From a virus (Duplodnaviria; Caudoviricetes): a stretch of 53,909 bases of DNA. Every line of letters starts with the position of its first letter. Position 1 is the first letter of the stretch. The notes under the pieces are model-generated. The model saw only the letters and a list, made by a program, of their open reading frames with translations, was not told the origin of the DNA and ran no database searches. This document shows, piece by piece, positions 32,803 to 41,518 of this stretch. Location of the stretch: positions 1-53,909 of the IMG/VR virus record IMGVR_UViG_3300048597_000276, one strand, 5' to 3'. Position numbers and translations under genes: made by a program.

Positions 32803-33147
32803 ATGCCGAAGCATCCTGAACCGCAGGCCGAGGCGACCGACGATCCGGTCGTGATCCAGCTCGGCGATCCCGATGCGATCCCGACCACGTTCAAGATCCA
32901 GCTCCCCAATGGCGAGGACATCACCCCCACCGTCCTGGCCGAGCTGCAGACGGCGGCGCACCAGATGGCCGGCAGTCGGGGGCAGGAAGGCCGCGCGGCT
33001 CTGCGCGAGATCGGAACGCAGTTGAACGACATTGGCGGGCTGCCGCTGATGCAGGCCGCCTGCTACCGGGTGAAGGAGCTGTGCGGGCGCGAGGCGTTCG
33101 CGCAAGTCCAGTACGCCTGGGACGGCATCGGGGAATGGCGGCCGTGA
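32803..33147 (+). CDS. hypothetical protein
   Basis: AAGGAG RBS; ends AWDGIGEW. Confidence 0.7.
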   Translation: MPKHPEPQAEATDDPVVIQLGDPDAIPTTFKIQLPNGEDITPTVLAELQTAAHQMAGSRGQEGRAALREIGTQLNDIGGLPLMQAACYRVKELCGREAFAQVQYAWDGIGEWRP

Positions 33148-33356
33148 GGCGGCGCTGCTGCTCGCCGGTGGTCGACCGGCTGTCGCGGTTGCCGGCCCGG
33201 CAGCTCGGCCAGCTCGCCGACCGCACCATCGCCCAGGCACGGACCGTGGAGCGGCGCGACGGCGGCGGGCCGGCCTACCACCCCGACGACATGGCCCGGC
33301 TGCGCACCGTGGGACGCGCCATAGTCGCCAAGATACGCGGCGACTGTTGCGATTGA
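33144..33356 (+). CDS. hypothetical protein
   Basis: GTGA overlap with the upstream stop. Confidence 0.45.
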   Translation: MRRRCCSPVVDRLSRLPARQLGQLADRTIAQARTVERRDGGGPAYHPDDMARLRTVGRAIVAKIRGDCCD

Positions 33357-33420
33357 CCTGACTACTGGGCGGGCGCTGGCCTTCACTGGCGCCCGCTCAT
33401 TCTGCACTTGCATAACTCCA

Positions 33421-33437
33421 CTAACCTGCTAGTATAG
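33421..33437 (+). promoter_or_regulatory. early promoter/operator repeat, copy 2
   Basis: TTGCAT-N16-TAGTAT; CTAACCTGCTAGTATAG; hairpin 33367-33398 upstream. Confidence 0.85.
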
Positions 33438-33474
33438 CAGCACTAACCAATGAACCTTCCGCAGGAGAAACGAC

Positions 33475-34212
33475 ATGGCCGACAGAGCCAGCATCTTGAA
33501 CAAGCTGCGCGCCCTGCGCAGCAAGACCGTCGACAACGGCTGCACCGAGGCCGAGGCGATCGCCGCGGCCGAGAAGGTCGAGGCGCTGCTGCGCGAGTAC
33601 GCGATCAGCCGCGACGAGCTCGACCAGCGCGACTTCCAGGAAGCCGCCTACCGCGCGGCCGACTTCAAGCGCGACCACCGTATCCGTCACCGCAGCCTGT
33701 GGCTGGTGATGCAATCGGTCGCCGAACTCTGCGAGTGCAAGTCCTGGTGGCCGACGAAGGAAGGCGGGCAGCACGGCCTGGTCGCCCGCTTCTTCGGCGA
33801 GGAGCAGGACGTCGACATGGCCGTCTACCTGATGGCCGTGATCGAGAAGGCGATCGAGAACGAATGGTTCGTGTTCTCGTTCGGCGACCCGAAGGCCCAC
33901 CAGACCAGCTTCACCGACGGCTGCGCCTACCGCATCCACGAGCGGCTGCGCGAGTTGCGGCTGCACACCGAGCAGTTCGTTCGCGCCGCCGGCAAGGGCC
34001 TCGTCGTCCAGACCAAGGCCATGGTGCGCGCGCGCAAGCTCGAGGAAGCCGGCGTCAAGATCAGGACGGTCCGCGTCGGGATGAACCAGGGCACATCGTT
34101 CCAGTCGGGCTACGCGGCCGGCAACAACGTGGCCTTCCACCAGGGCGTGCGCCACGACGGCAAGGCGCGCCCCAACCATTCGGCCGTGCCGCTCCGCCTG
34201 GGCCACGGCTGA
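33475..34212 (+). CDS. DUF2786-like protein
   Basis: ILNKLRALRSKTVDNGCTEAEAIAAAEK...SFTDG...GYAAG. Confidence 0.75.
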   Translation: MADRASILNKLRALRSKTVDNGCTEAEAIAAAEKVEALLREYAISRDELDQRDFQEAAYRAADFKRDHRIRHRSLWLVMQSVAELCECKSWWPTKEGGQHGLVARFFGEEQDVDMAVYLMAVIEKAIENEWFVFSFGDPKAHQTSFTDGCAYRIHERLRELRLHTEQFVRAAGKGLVVQTKAMVRARKLEEAGVKIRTVRVGMNQGTSFQSGYAAGNNVAFHQGVRHDGKARPNHSAVPLRLGHG

Positions 34213-34223
34213 GGAGATCGACC

Positions 34224-34412
34224 ATGCCTGCTCCTGTCTTTCGGTGGCTCGCCGTCCTGTACGCCCTGTTCGGCGCCGCGATCGCGCTGGTGTGGGCGAC
34301 CGGGATCGAGCTGCCGCAATGGATGAGTGACGCCGCGACGCTGCTGGCGCCGCTCAACTGGGCCGGGCTGATCTGGCTGGGCTGGATGCTCCGCGACAGC
34401 CGCGGCCGCTGA
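34224..34412 (+). CDS. small two-TM membrane protein
   Basis: GAGGAG RBS; two hydrophobic segments. Confidence 0.6.
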   Translation: MPAPVFRWLAVLYALFGAAIALVWATGIELPQWMSDAATLLAPLNWAGLIWLGWMLRDSRGR

Positions 34413-34465
34413 GTTTCGACCGGGGCGGGCATCGGGCCCGCCCCACCTTCCGCAGGAGAGAAACG

Positions 34466-34702
34466 ATGCAACTGTACCCCGCGACGGACACCGTCGCCCA
34501 GGAGCACGTCGAGCGGCTGCGCGCCGCCGCGATGCACGACCAGGCCTGGGACATCGAGCAGCTCGCCATCCTGGCGCGCGATCTCCTGGTCGCCTGCCGC
34601 GCCGCGCACCTGCAGGCCCGCCAGAGCTGCGCCGATGCGGTCGACATTGTGACCCAGGTCCTGGCCAAGCACGAGCTGCTGCCGGCCGAGCAGGAGGGCT
34701 GA
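34466..34702 (+). CDS. hypothetical protein
   Basis: Conserved leader at 34446. Confidence 0.65.
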   Translation: MQLYPATDTVAQEHVERLRAAAMHDQAWDIEQLAILARDLLVACRAAHLQARQSCADAVDIVTQVLAKHELLPAEQEG

Positions 34703-34704
34703 GC

Positions 34705-35205
34705 ATGTCCGCGTTCTACTGTGGCTACCCGCATCTGGCCGAGCTGGCGAAGGCGCTGGTCGAGGTCGCGCGCCGCAACGAGCCGCTCGAGGATCTGGCC
34801 GCGACGCTGCACAAGGAGAACGTGCGCTCGCTGTGCGCCCGGTACGAGGACGACACGCCGGAAATGTACGACGGCGAGTACGCCCGGCTGCTGTTCGAGC
34901 TGACCGGCCCGCGCGTCGTCACCGACCCGGTCGTGCTCCAGAAGATGGTGCACTGCTACCGCTATCAGGCGTGCGAGCACCCGGAGTGGAAGGAGAGCGA
35001 TGCGTTCCGGCTGATGGCCGTGCTCGAGGAGGCGCTGCAGCCGCTCCTGCCCGAGCTGGTCCCGTCCCGCCACGGGCCGAAGTTCAAGCCCGAGCCCAAG
35101 GGCTACGACAAGGCCAACGGCTGGCCCTACGAGCCGGGGTATGTGGCCCAGCCGACGGTGTTCGCCCCCGCTCCCGACCTGCCGCTGTTCCGGAGCGTGC
35201 CATGA
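34705..35205 (+). CDS. conserved phage hypothetical protein
   Basis: ENVRSLCARY...CYRYQACEHPEW motif. Confidence 0.7.
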   Translation: MSAFYCGYPHLAELAKALVEVARRNEPLEDLAATLHKENVRSLCARYEDDTPEMYDGEYARLLFELTGPRVVTDPVVLQKMVHCYRYQACEHPEWKESDAFRLMAVLEEALQPLLPELVPSRHGPKFKPEPKGYDKANGWPYEPGYVAQPTVFAPAPDLPLFRSVP

Positions 35206-35501
35206 AGCCGGGGCACACGCCGGGCGACTGGAAGCTGGAGCTCAGCCGGTGGCCGACTGGCAAGCTCGCCTGGAGGCCGTTCATCTACGCGGTGGGCGCG
35301 CCCGAGGGCAGCCGGCACATCGCCGAGCTGTGCGAGGAGAACCCGAACCTCGACGCCAACGGCCGGCTGATCGCGGCCGCACCGAAGATGCGGGCCTCGC
35401 TCCAGGCTCTGCTGGGCGACGACCTGCGCCCCGAGAACCTGGGCGAGCGTCTCGACGCCGCCCGTGCCCTCCTGGCCGAGATCGACGGAGAGGGGCTGTG
35501 A
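35202..35501 (+). CDS. phage hypothetical protein (HTPGxW...ANxRLIAAAP family)
   Basis: Motif; ATGA coupling. Confidence 0.7.
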   Translation: MKPGHTPGDWKLELSRWPTGKLAWRPFIYAVGAPEGSRHIAELCEENPNLDANGRLIAAAPKMRASLQALLGDDLRPENLGERLDAARALLAEIDGEGL

Positions 35502-35764
35502 GGCGCCGGTACCGCCGCGACGGGGCGCCCTACCGCTCGGCCGAGCCGAAGATGATCGCGGCCAAGTTCCCGTCGGAGTGCCACGACTGCGGGAAGCCGT
35601 ACCAGCTCGGCGACCGGGTGCTCTGGCAGCCCGGCACCACCTGGGCCTTCGGCCAGGCCTGCGGCTGCGCGAAGCGACGGCTGGAGACGATCGAGGCCGC
35701 GCGGCTCGAGCAGATCGGTGCGGAAATGGACGAGCTCGCGAACGAGACGATGCACGCGATGTAG
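35498..35764 (+). CDS. small Cys-containing hypothetical protein
   Basis: AKFPSECHDCG zinc-ribbon-like motif; GTGA coupling. Confidence 0.55.
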   Translation: MRRRYRRDGAPYRSAEPKMIAAKFPSECHDCGKPYQLGDRVLWQPGTTWAFGQACGCAKRRLETIEAARLEQIGAEMDELANETMHAM

Positions 35765-35869
35765 CGGGCTCCGGCGGGTCGACGCTTGCCCGGACGTCGA
35801 CCCGCGTCCTTCCAGTATCACAGGGCTAACCCGGCGGTCGAGAACCGCCAATCGCAGGAGAGTGAGACG

Positions 35870-36127
35870 ATGCTACCCGTGACACCGATGCGGTGGTCGA
35901 AGCCGTTCCCGAGGGAAGGCCGGTACGTGGTGATCGTGGGCGATCGCCCGGGCGGCGACGCGCTGATCCTGCGCGGGGCCACCGACCACCTGGACGTGGC
36001 CGCGGCCGACTTCGGCGACCAGTCCGCCGCCACCGGCCGCTCGACGCAGGAATGCGTCCAGCTGATCGACACGCAAGCCGTCAACGGCCCGGCCGTCCTC
36101 GGCTGCCTCGTGATGGGAGGCCGCTGA
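35870..36127 (+). CDS. hypothetical protein
   Basis: Leader CGCAGGAGAG. Confidence 0.55.
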   Translation: MLPVTPMRWSKPFPREGRYVVIVGDRPGGDALILRGATDHLDVAAADFGDQSAATGRSTQECVQLIDTQAVNGPAVLGCLVMGGR

Positions 36128-36468
36128 TGCCCCTTCCTCCCCTCCCCATCTGCCACACGCCCTGGGGCTTCGCGGACAGCTGCCAGCCCTACGGCGACGG
36201 GGTCATGTTCGTCGGCACGCCGAGCCACGGCGGGTTCTACGTCGACGAGGAGCGGCTGAAGCAGATGCCCGAGGTCCTGGCCCTTATGGGCGAGCCCGGC
36301 CCCAGCTGCGGCCGCTGGTTCGAGGAGGACTGTGATTGGGCCGCGGTGGCGATCGCCTTCCCCGACCGGTTCGAGGCCGATTACGTCGCCGCCGCCTGGA
36401 AGACGCTCGAGCGATGGCGCCCGGCCCAGTTCGTCAGTGCCCAGGCCAGCAGGAGTGCGGCAGCATGA
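36127..36468 (+). CDS. DUF7007-like protein
   Basis: TPWG...TPSHGGF...WFEEDCDWA. Confidence 0.75.
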   Translation: MPLPPLPICHTPWGFADSCQPYGDGVMFVGTPSHGGFYVDEERLKQMPEVLALMGEPGPSCGRWFEEDCDWAAVAIAFPDRFEADYVAAAWKTLERWRPAQFVSAQASRSAAA

Positions 36469-37001
36469 TCGTGGACAATCTGAAGGTCGAGGTCGATGGG
36501 ATGGCGGAGTTCTTCCGCGAGCAGATCGCCGGCGGTGCGCCGACCTTCCCGATGTGGCGGGTGCGCGGCGGCGACGGCAACCTCTACATCGTGGCGACGC
36601 CGTTCACCGACCTTCACTCCAAGCGCCTGTCGGTGCTGATGATCCGCCACGTCTGCGCCGCGTTCCGGGCCACCAGCGTCGTGTTCGGCGTCGAGGCCTG
36701 GGCCGCCGACGCGACCGATGATCCCGCCGTGGCCGAACTCCAGCCGTCGCAGCGCAGCGACCGGCGCGAGATCATCATGGTGCACGGCAGCTCCTCCAGC
36801 GGCGATCAGGCCCACCGCGAGATCCAGTTCGACCGGCAGCCCGAGGGTCCACCGGTGTTCAAGGATCTGCCGGTGAGCCGGGTCGAGAGCTGGATGTTCC
36901 GCGATCTGTTCGAGTGGGGCGACCTGAGCCCGGCCAGTGTGGAGCTGGCGCGGCGGGCGGTCCTGAAGCACGGCGAGCGGATGACGCCCGGCCCCAACTA
37001 G
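36465..37001 (+). CDS. hypothetical protein
   Basis: EAW...PSQRSDRREII motif; ATGA coupling. Confidence 0.65.
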   Translation: MIVDNLKVEVDGMAEFFREQIAGGAPTFPMWRVRGGDGNLYIVATPFTDLHSKRLSVLMIRHVCAAFRATSVVFGVEAWAADATDDPAVAELQPSQRSDRREIIMVHGSSSSGDQAHREIQFDRQPEGPPVFKDLPVSRVESWMFRDLFEWGDLSPASVELARRAVLKHGERMTPGPN

Positions 37002-37019
37002 TTCTCCCTGCGCCGACTT

Positions 37020-37054
37020 GGCCGGGGCCAATATTCGGCCCCGGCTGCTCTTTT
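37020..37054 (+). terminator. intrinsic terminator
   Basis: GGCCGGGGCC-AATATTC-GGCCCCGGCT followed by CTCTTTT. Confidence 0.65.
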
Positions 37055-37072
37055 GGCCTTCCGGTAGCGGCG

Positions 37073-37089
37073 CTATACTGATAGTCTAT
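37073..37089 (+). promoter_or_regulatory. early promoter/operator repeat, copy 3
   Basis: CTATACTGATAGTCTAT. Confidence 0.75.
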
Positions 37090-37127
37090 CCTTTGTAAAC
37101 CAATAAACCTTCCGCAGGACGACGAAG

Positions 37128-37673
37128 ATGGCTACTGAGCTGCAGGCTGTGAACTTCCCTTTCTATGAGCTCGAGCATGACCCGTTCAAGTACGGGTTCG
37201 ACGGGTGGCGCGTCGCCATCGTCCTCGACGCCGGCGAGGGCAAGAAAGCCGCCACGCTGTACCTGCCGGGCAGGCTGCAGACCGTGAAGGTCGACCCCAA
37301 GCGGCTGGCGACCAAGGCCACGCCCGTGAAGCTGAGCGTCGCCTTCCAGCGTGAGACGATCGCCCGCAAGGCCCGGATCTTCCGCCAGGGCGGCACCAGC
37401 TACGACCGCAAGGCGACGGTGTTCGTGCTCAAGGCCCTGGGTGCCGGCGCGCGCACGGTCGCCGAAGTCTCGCAGCCGGCTCCGATCCCGGAGCCCACCG
37501 AGTGGAAGCTGACCGTCGACACGGCCCTGTCGATCCGGGCCGAGCAGCGGATGTTCTTCCGCGCCCAGGGGCTGACGTTCGCCCAGGACGCCAAGCCGAA
37601 GCGGATGGCCGACGTCAAGGTCACCTTCGACAAGACCGGCGGCCGCGTCGAGCAGATGCAGTTCGGGTTCTGA
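37128..37673 (+). CDS. hypothetical protein
   Basis: Conserved leader at 37108. Confidence 0.7.
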   Translation: MATELQAVNFPFYELEHDPFKYGFDGWRVAIVLDAGEGKKAATLYLPGRLQTVKVDPKRLATKATPVKLSVAFQRETIARKARIFRQGGTSYDRKATVFVLKALGAGARTVAEVSQPAPIPEPTEWKLTVDTALSIRAEQRMFFRAQGLTFAQDAKPKRMADVKVTFDKTGGRVEQMQFGF

Positions 37674-37726
37674 GTTCCACCGCGGGCCGGCGCGGTGCCG
37701 GCCCGCCAATCCGCAGGAGAGAGACG

Positions 37727-37960
37727 ATGACGAAGGCCGAACTGATCGCCCGGTTGGGCGATCTCTCGCCCAGCCAGGTTGCGGAGCTCGACGAGCGGAT
37801 CGACGAGCTGGTCCACGACGCCAAGTCCAAGGAGGCGTCGGACATCAACAACGACGGGGTCGAGGCGCAGCTGAACTACCTGTTCGGCGCCGACACCGAC
37901 GAGGTCGGCGAGGACCTCGCCCAGGTGGTCAACCCGCCCGCGCTCCAGGCGGAGGCCTGA
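37727..37960 (+). CDS. small acidic protein
   Basis: Leader TCCGCAGGAGAGAGA; LDELVHD...ASDINNDGVEAQLNYL. Confidence 0.65.
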   Translation: MTKAELIARLGDLSPSQVAELDERIDELVHDAKSKEASDINNDGVEAQLNYLFGADTDEVGEDLAQVVNPPALQAEA

Positions 37961-37963
37961 GCG

Positions 37964-38254
37964 ATGCCGAAGTGGACGGTAGGCGTGAGCCGGGTGAGCC
38001 GGCTTGTCGAGCGGGTCGAGATCGAGGTCGAGGCCCCGACCGCCGAGGCCGCCAGCGAGCAGGCCTGGGCTAAGGTCAACGATAGCGAGGACGACAGCTG
38101 GGCCGACTGGCAGCAGCACGACGTCGAGGTCCAGGACTACTCGGTGGGGATCCCGCTGCCGGCGATCCCGGGCGTGTGGTCGCTCCCGGCCGGCCAGGTT
38201 CTCGCGGCCGACCCCGAGCTCGCGCTCGCCCAGCTGCGGCGGGCCGGGCTGTGA
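37964..38254 (+). CDS. small acidic protein
   Basis: GGAGG RBS; IEVEAPTAEAA motif. Confidence 0.6.
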   Translation: MPKWTVGVSRVSRLVERVEIEVEAPTAEAASEQAWAKVNDSEDDSWADWQQHDVEVQDYSVGIPLPAIPGVWSLPAGQVLAADPELALAQLRRAGL

Positions 38255-38451
38255 GCGACGAGGCCGCCCGGCGTAAGGCGGTCGCCGAGCTCGTGCTCGC
38301 GGCCGAGCGCAAAGTCCAGGCGATCCTGATCGAGTTGGCCGACAAGATCGGCCGGCACGGGATGACGTTGGACAGCGTTCGGGTCGACGGCCGGCGCTTC
38401 TCCAACCTGCGGGTCGAGATCCACGTCTCGCCCGACGACATCCCGTTCTGA
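38251..38451 (+). CDS. hypothetical protein
   Basis: GTGA coupling. Confidence 0.55.
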   Translation: MSDEAARRKAVAELVLAAERKVQAILIELADKIGRHGMTLDSVRVDGRRFSNLRVEIHVSPDDIPF

Positions 38452-38461
38452 GGAGAGAACG

Positions 38462-38737
38462 ATGGCTGATGTCACCCTCGACGGCTGCGCTGAGTGGGAC
38501 AAGCTCACGCCCTGGCAGCAGAAGGCGATCGGCGCCACGGCGATCGAGATCGTGCTCTGCTGGTGCGGCGTCGACGCCGAGCCGGTCCACCCCGCCACCG
38601 AGCGCACCCGCATCTTCGAGGCGGCCGAGACCGCACTGAACGACCGGCTGCAGACGGCGGTGATCGCCGCCGTGCCGCAGGTCGACGCGGACGTCGTGCC
38701 GCTGCCCGCGAGCCACCAGACCACCGGAGACGATTGA
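38462..38737 (+). CDS. hypothetical protein
   Basis: AGGAGAGAACG leader. Confidence 0.6.
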   Translation: MADVTLDGCAEWDKLTPWQQKAIGATAIEIVLCWCGVDAEPVHPATERTRIFEAAETALNDRLQTAVIAAVPQVDADVVPLPASHQTTGDD

Positions 38738-39045
38738 TGGCTGCACTGTTGATCCCGGTCGAGGGCGAGCCTCGGCTGCTGTACGACGCGGACCGGCCGC
38801 CGACGCTGGACGAGGCGCAGCTCGCCGTGGGCGGCTGGGTCGAGAAGATCACCTTCCGCCGCGAGACGTGGCTGGTCCAGGAGGAAGGCCGGGTGCGGGG
38901 CGCGCCGGAGAACCCGCGGGCGACGCAGATGTATTGGGACCGGGCGCGCCGGAGCAAGCGCGACAAGGTGGTGCCGGTGCCGCCGGGCGGGGCACTGGTC
39001 GGGCCGGTTCTTCTCCTGGAGGGCCGCGCGCGCTGGAACTGGTAG
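38737..39045 (+). CDS. DUF3846-like protein
   Basis: LLIPVEG...LDEAQLAVGGWVE...EEGR...N.RAT...LVGPV. Confidence 0.7.
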   Translation: MAALLIPVEGEPRLLYDADRPPTLDEAQLAVGGWVEKITFRRETWLVQEEGRVRGAPENPRATQMYWDRARRSKRDKVVPVPPGGALVGPVLLLEGRARWNW

Positions 39046-39108
39046 TAATCGAGCCTGCATGACTTGGCCGGGGCTGCGGCCCCGGTATTTTCTGCTGGTC
39101 AGACTGCG

Positions 39109-39125
39109 CTAAACTGATAGTATAG
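39109..39125 (+). promoter_or_regulatory. early promoter/operator repeat, copy 4
   Basis: TGGTCA-N16-TAGTAT; CTAAACTGATAGTATAG; terminator hairpin 39068-39091 upstream. Confidence 0.8.
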
Positions 39126-39163
39126 TGAGCGTGAACAAGAACACCTTCCACGGAACCAAGACG

Positions 39164-39409
39164 ATGATGAAGCCGACGATTCACCTGAACGGGACGAGCC
39201 GCAGCGAGATCGAGCGCCAGCTCGGCGAGGCCGCCGCCAAGGTGCAGGACGCGATCAAGGCGGTGTGCGCCGCCGGCCCGAACGGCCGCGACTACTACCC
39301 GCAGGGCGCCGCCGCTCTCGACCAGGCCATGGCCGAGCACCGGTCGCGGGTCGAGCGGCTCGAGAGCGTCTACCGCGAGATCGAAGCCATCTTCCTGGGG
39401 CTCGGCTGA
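39164..39409 (+). CDS. conserved phage hypothetical protein
   Basis: PTIHLNGTS...PNGRDYYPQG motif. Confidence 0.7.
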   Translation: MMKPTIHLNGTSRSEIERQLGEAAAKVQDAIKAVCAAGPNGRDYYPQGAAALDQAMAEHRSRVERLESVYREIEAIFLGLG

Positions 39410-39645
39410 TGCCGCCGACCAAGACCTCGCGTGTCCTGGCGCATCTGCGGGCGGGGGAGTGGGCGCAAGCCCTCTCCCTGGCCGCGACGTTCCGGATGCT
39501 GCCGCTGGAGATCCGCACGGCGATCCAGCGGGCCCATGCGGCGCGGACCAACCCGCGCCTCTACCGCGGCATGGGGCAGGACCCCGATGCCATGATCGCC
39601 GCCGGCAAGGCGGCGCTGCTCCAGCAGTACGGAGAGAGGCTGTGA
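39409..39645 (+). CDS. hypothetical protein
   Basis: TGATG coupling. Confidence 0.6.
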   Translation: MPPTKTSRVLAHLRAGEWAQALSLAATFRMLPLEIRTAIQRAHAARTNPRLYRGMGQDPDAMIAAGKAALLQQYGERL

Positions 39646-39920
39646 AGACGTTCGCCGAGTTCCAGGCCACGCGCCGCGAGGTGCCGCACCTGGGCGATGT
39701 GATCGACGAGCCGTTCGTCAACAAGACGCCCGGGTTCGTCTACCTCGATCGGCTCTACATCGAGAAGCGGGCCAAATGGTGGCCGGAGGAGCTGAAGGCC
39801 AGGGGCCAGTTCTACCTGCGGATCGAGAACCAGGAGTACGTCGCCAACGAGCTCGATCTGCTGGAGTGCCGGCTCTACGTGTGGGCGGCCGACGCTGGCT
39901 ACCTGGGAGAGAAGCGGTGA
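39642..39920 (+). CDS. hypothetical protein
   Basis: GTGA coupling; GGAGAGG RBS. Confidence 0.65.
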   Translation: MKTFAEFQATRREVPHLGDVIDEPFVNKTPGFVYLDRLYIEKRAKWWPEELKARGQFYLRIENQEYVANELDLLECRLYVWAADAGYLGEKR

Positions 39921-39925
39921 TCGCG

Positions 39926-40057
39926 ATGTCCGATGCGTGGCTGCTGTTCTGGCTGGCCCGCGAGTTCCCGCCCGACGGCGATCTGTACCTCTCGCGGCTC
40001 TGGTGGACCGGGTTCACCCGCGACCACCCGGCCCTGGCCCAGGGGAAGTGCCCATGA
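39926..40057 (+). CDS. small hypothetical protein
   Basis: Fills the gap between coupled genes. Confidence 0.4.
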   Translation: MSDAWLLFWLAREFPPDGDLYLSRLWWTGFTRDHPALAQGKCP

Positions 40058-40293
40058 TCCGTCCCCTGCTCGAGCGCCTGCGGCTGGCGCCAGCGCACCC
40101 GACCTTCACCGCCCTGGTGAAGGACGCAGCCGACGAGATCGAGAAGCTCGAGCGCGAGAAGGCCGAGCTGGTGGCTGCGCTCGCGCTCGCTGCGGCGGAC
40201 CTTGAGGTTTACCCCGCGACCCAAGGCCCTGGCCTGGACCGCCGCCTTGCCAAGATCCGCGCCCTGCTGGCCAGGCATGGAGCGCAGCGATGA
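40054..40293 (+). CDS. hypothetical protein
   Basis: ATGA coupling; DAADEIEKL motif. Confidence 0.6.
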   Translation: MIRPLLERLRLAPAHPTFTALVKDAADEIEKLEREKAELVAALALAAADLEVYPATQGPGLDRRLAKIRALLARHGAQR

Positions 40294-40577
40294 CCGCCCG
40301 TCGCCGGCCGCCGGTGCCCGAACCTGAGCCCCTGCCCTACGTGGTCGAGGTCCAGGGCCGCGAGATCCGCCACGCGAACCTGTCGCTGCAGATGTACCTC
40401 GACGGGCGCGAGGGTGCTGGCTGCAACTGGCGGCCGCTGCGCTACGACGAGGCCGAGGCCATGGTGGTGCTGGTCGGGCTGGTCCACCCTGCCGGCCTGC
40501 GCGAGCAGTACGGGTTCTTCCCGATCGCCCCGGTCGGGAACAGCGCGGCCACATTCCAGCTGAAGGCGGGAGCGTGA
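40290..40577 (+). CDS. hypothetical protein
   Basis: ATGA coupling. Confidence 0.55.
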   Translation: MTARRRPPVPEPEPLPYVVEVQGREIRHANLSLQMYLDGREGAGCNWRPLRYDEAEAMVVLVGLVHPAGLREQYGFFPIAPVGNSAATFQLKAGA

Positions 40578-41172
40578 TGGGCGCAGTCGTTAGCATCGAG
40601 GCGATCCCCACGACGTACAGGGGCACCAGCTTTCGCAGCCGGGCCGAAGCGCGATGGGCGGTGTGGTTTGACCTGATCGGCATGCAGTGGGTCTACGAGC
40701 CCGAAACTTTCGTTGTTGCATCAGGTGAGGACTACCGCGTTCTATACTGCCCTGACTTCCTTATCAAAGGCCCGTCCCCTTCTACTTCGAGGTCAAGCCA
40801 GACGATTTCGTGTCTGCTCCACTTGGTACCTACTACCCCGAACAGTGCAAGTTGGATGCGTTCGTCGACGCATCTGGCCAGGATCTGGTGGTCGCTCTTG
40901 GTCCGCCGCGAAGCGGGCACGCCCTGATCGTGTTTGAAGCGGGGGTGGAAGTCGGACAAAGGAGCGGATGGCGCGAGGTACGTTGGCAATTCACGTCTTG
41001 CCGCGGATGCGGCGGGCTAACCATAGATCCCGACGAGCCCGGCTTCGTCGATAGCGGCCGTCTTGTAATCATGCTGCACGAGGAATCCCACAAGTGGTGC
41101 GGCGAGAAGTTCGGCGGATTGGAGTACGAGCCCGAGTTGCTCGATCGCGCCGCCGGTTGGCGCTTCTGGTGA
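40577..41172 (+). pseudogene. PD-(D/E)XK-type nuclease split by a -1 frame change near 40770-40782
   Basis: First frame: TTYRGTSFRSRAEARWAVWFD...WVYEPE...YCPDF; second frame continues FYFEVKP. Confidence 0.75.
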
Positions 41173-41222
41173 CCTAGAGTTTCCTGCGTGGAAGCGCCGT
41201 GGCGATCGTGCCGCGGCCGACT

Positions 41223-41257
41223 GGCGGCGGGTCGCAAGGCCCGCCGTCCTCTTTTTT
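41223..41257 (+). terminator. intrinsic terminator
   Basis: GGCGGCGGG-TCGCAAGG-CCCGCCGTC followed by CTCTTTTTT. Confidence 0.75.
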
Positions 41258-41470
41258 CCTATCGGGCCGGCGATGCAGCTCGAGGCCCGATCGAGCGGGA
41301 CCAGGCCTGACCCAGGTCCCTTACAAGGCTCACCCAGGACTGCCGTTCCAGGCCCCTATACTTACCACGGCCACAGTGTTCCACGCATTCTGTCAATCCA
41401 CGCCTAACTGAGACTTCCAGCCCATCATTATTCGGAAGACGGCGCGTCGCTTTTCGCTGGACTACCATCA

Positions 41471-41487
41471 CTATACTGCTAGTATAG
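41471..41487 (+). promoter_or_regulatory. early promoter/operator repeat, copy 5
   Basis: TGGACT-N16-TAGTAT; perfect CTATACTGCTAGTATAG. Confidence 0.85.
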
Positions 41488-41518
41488 CGTCATAACAATC
41501 TTCCGCAGGACGACGACG

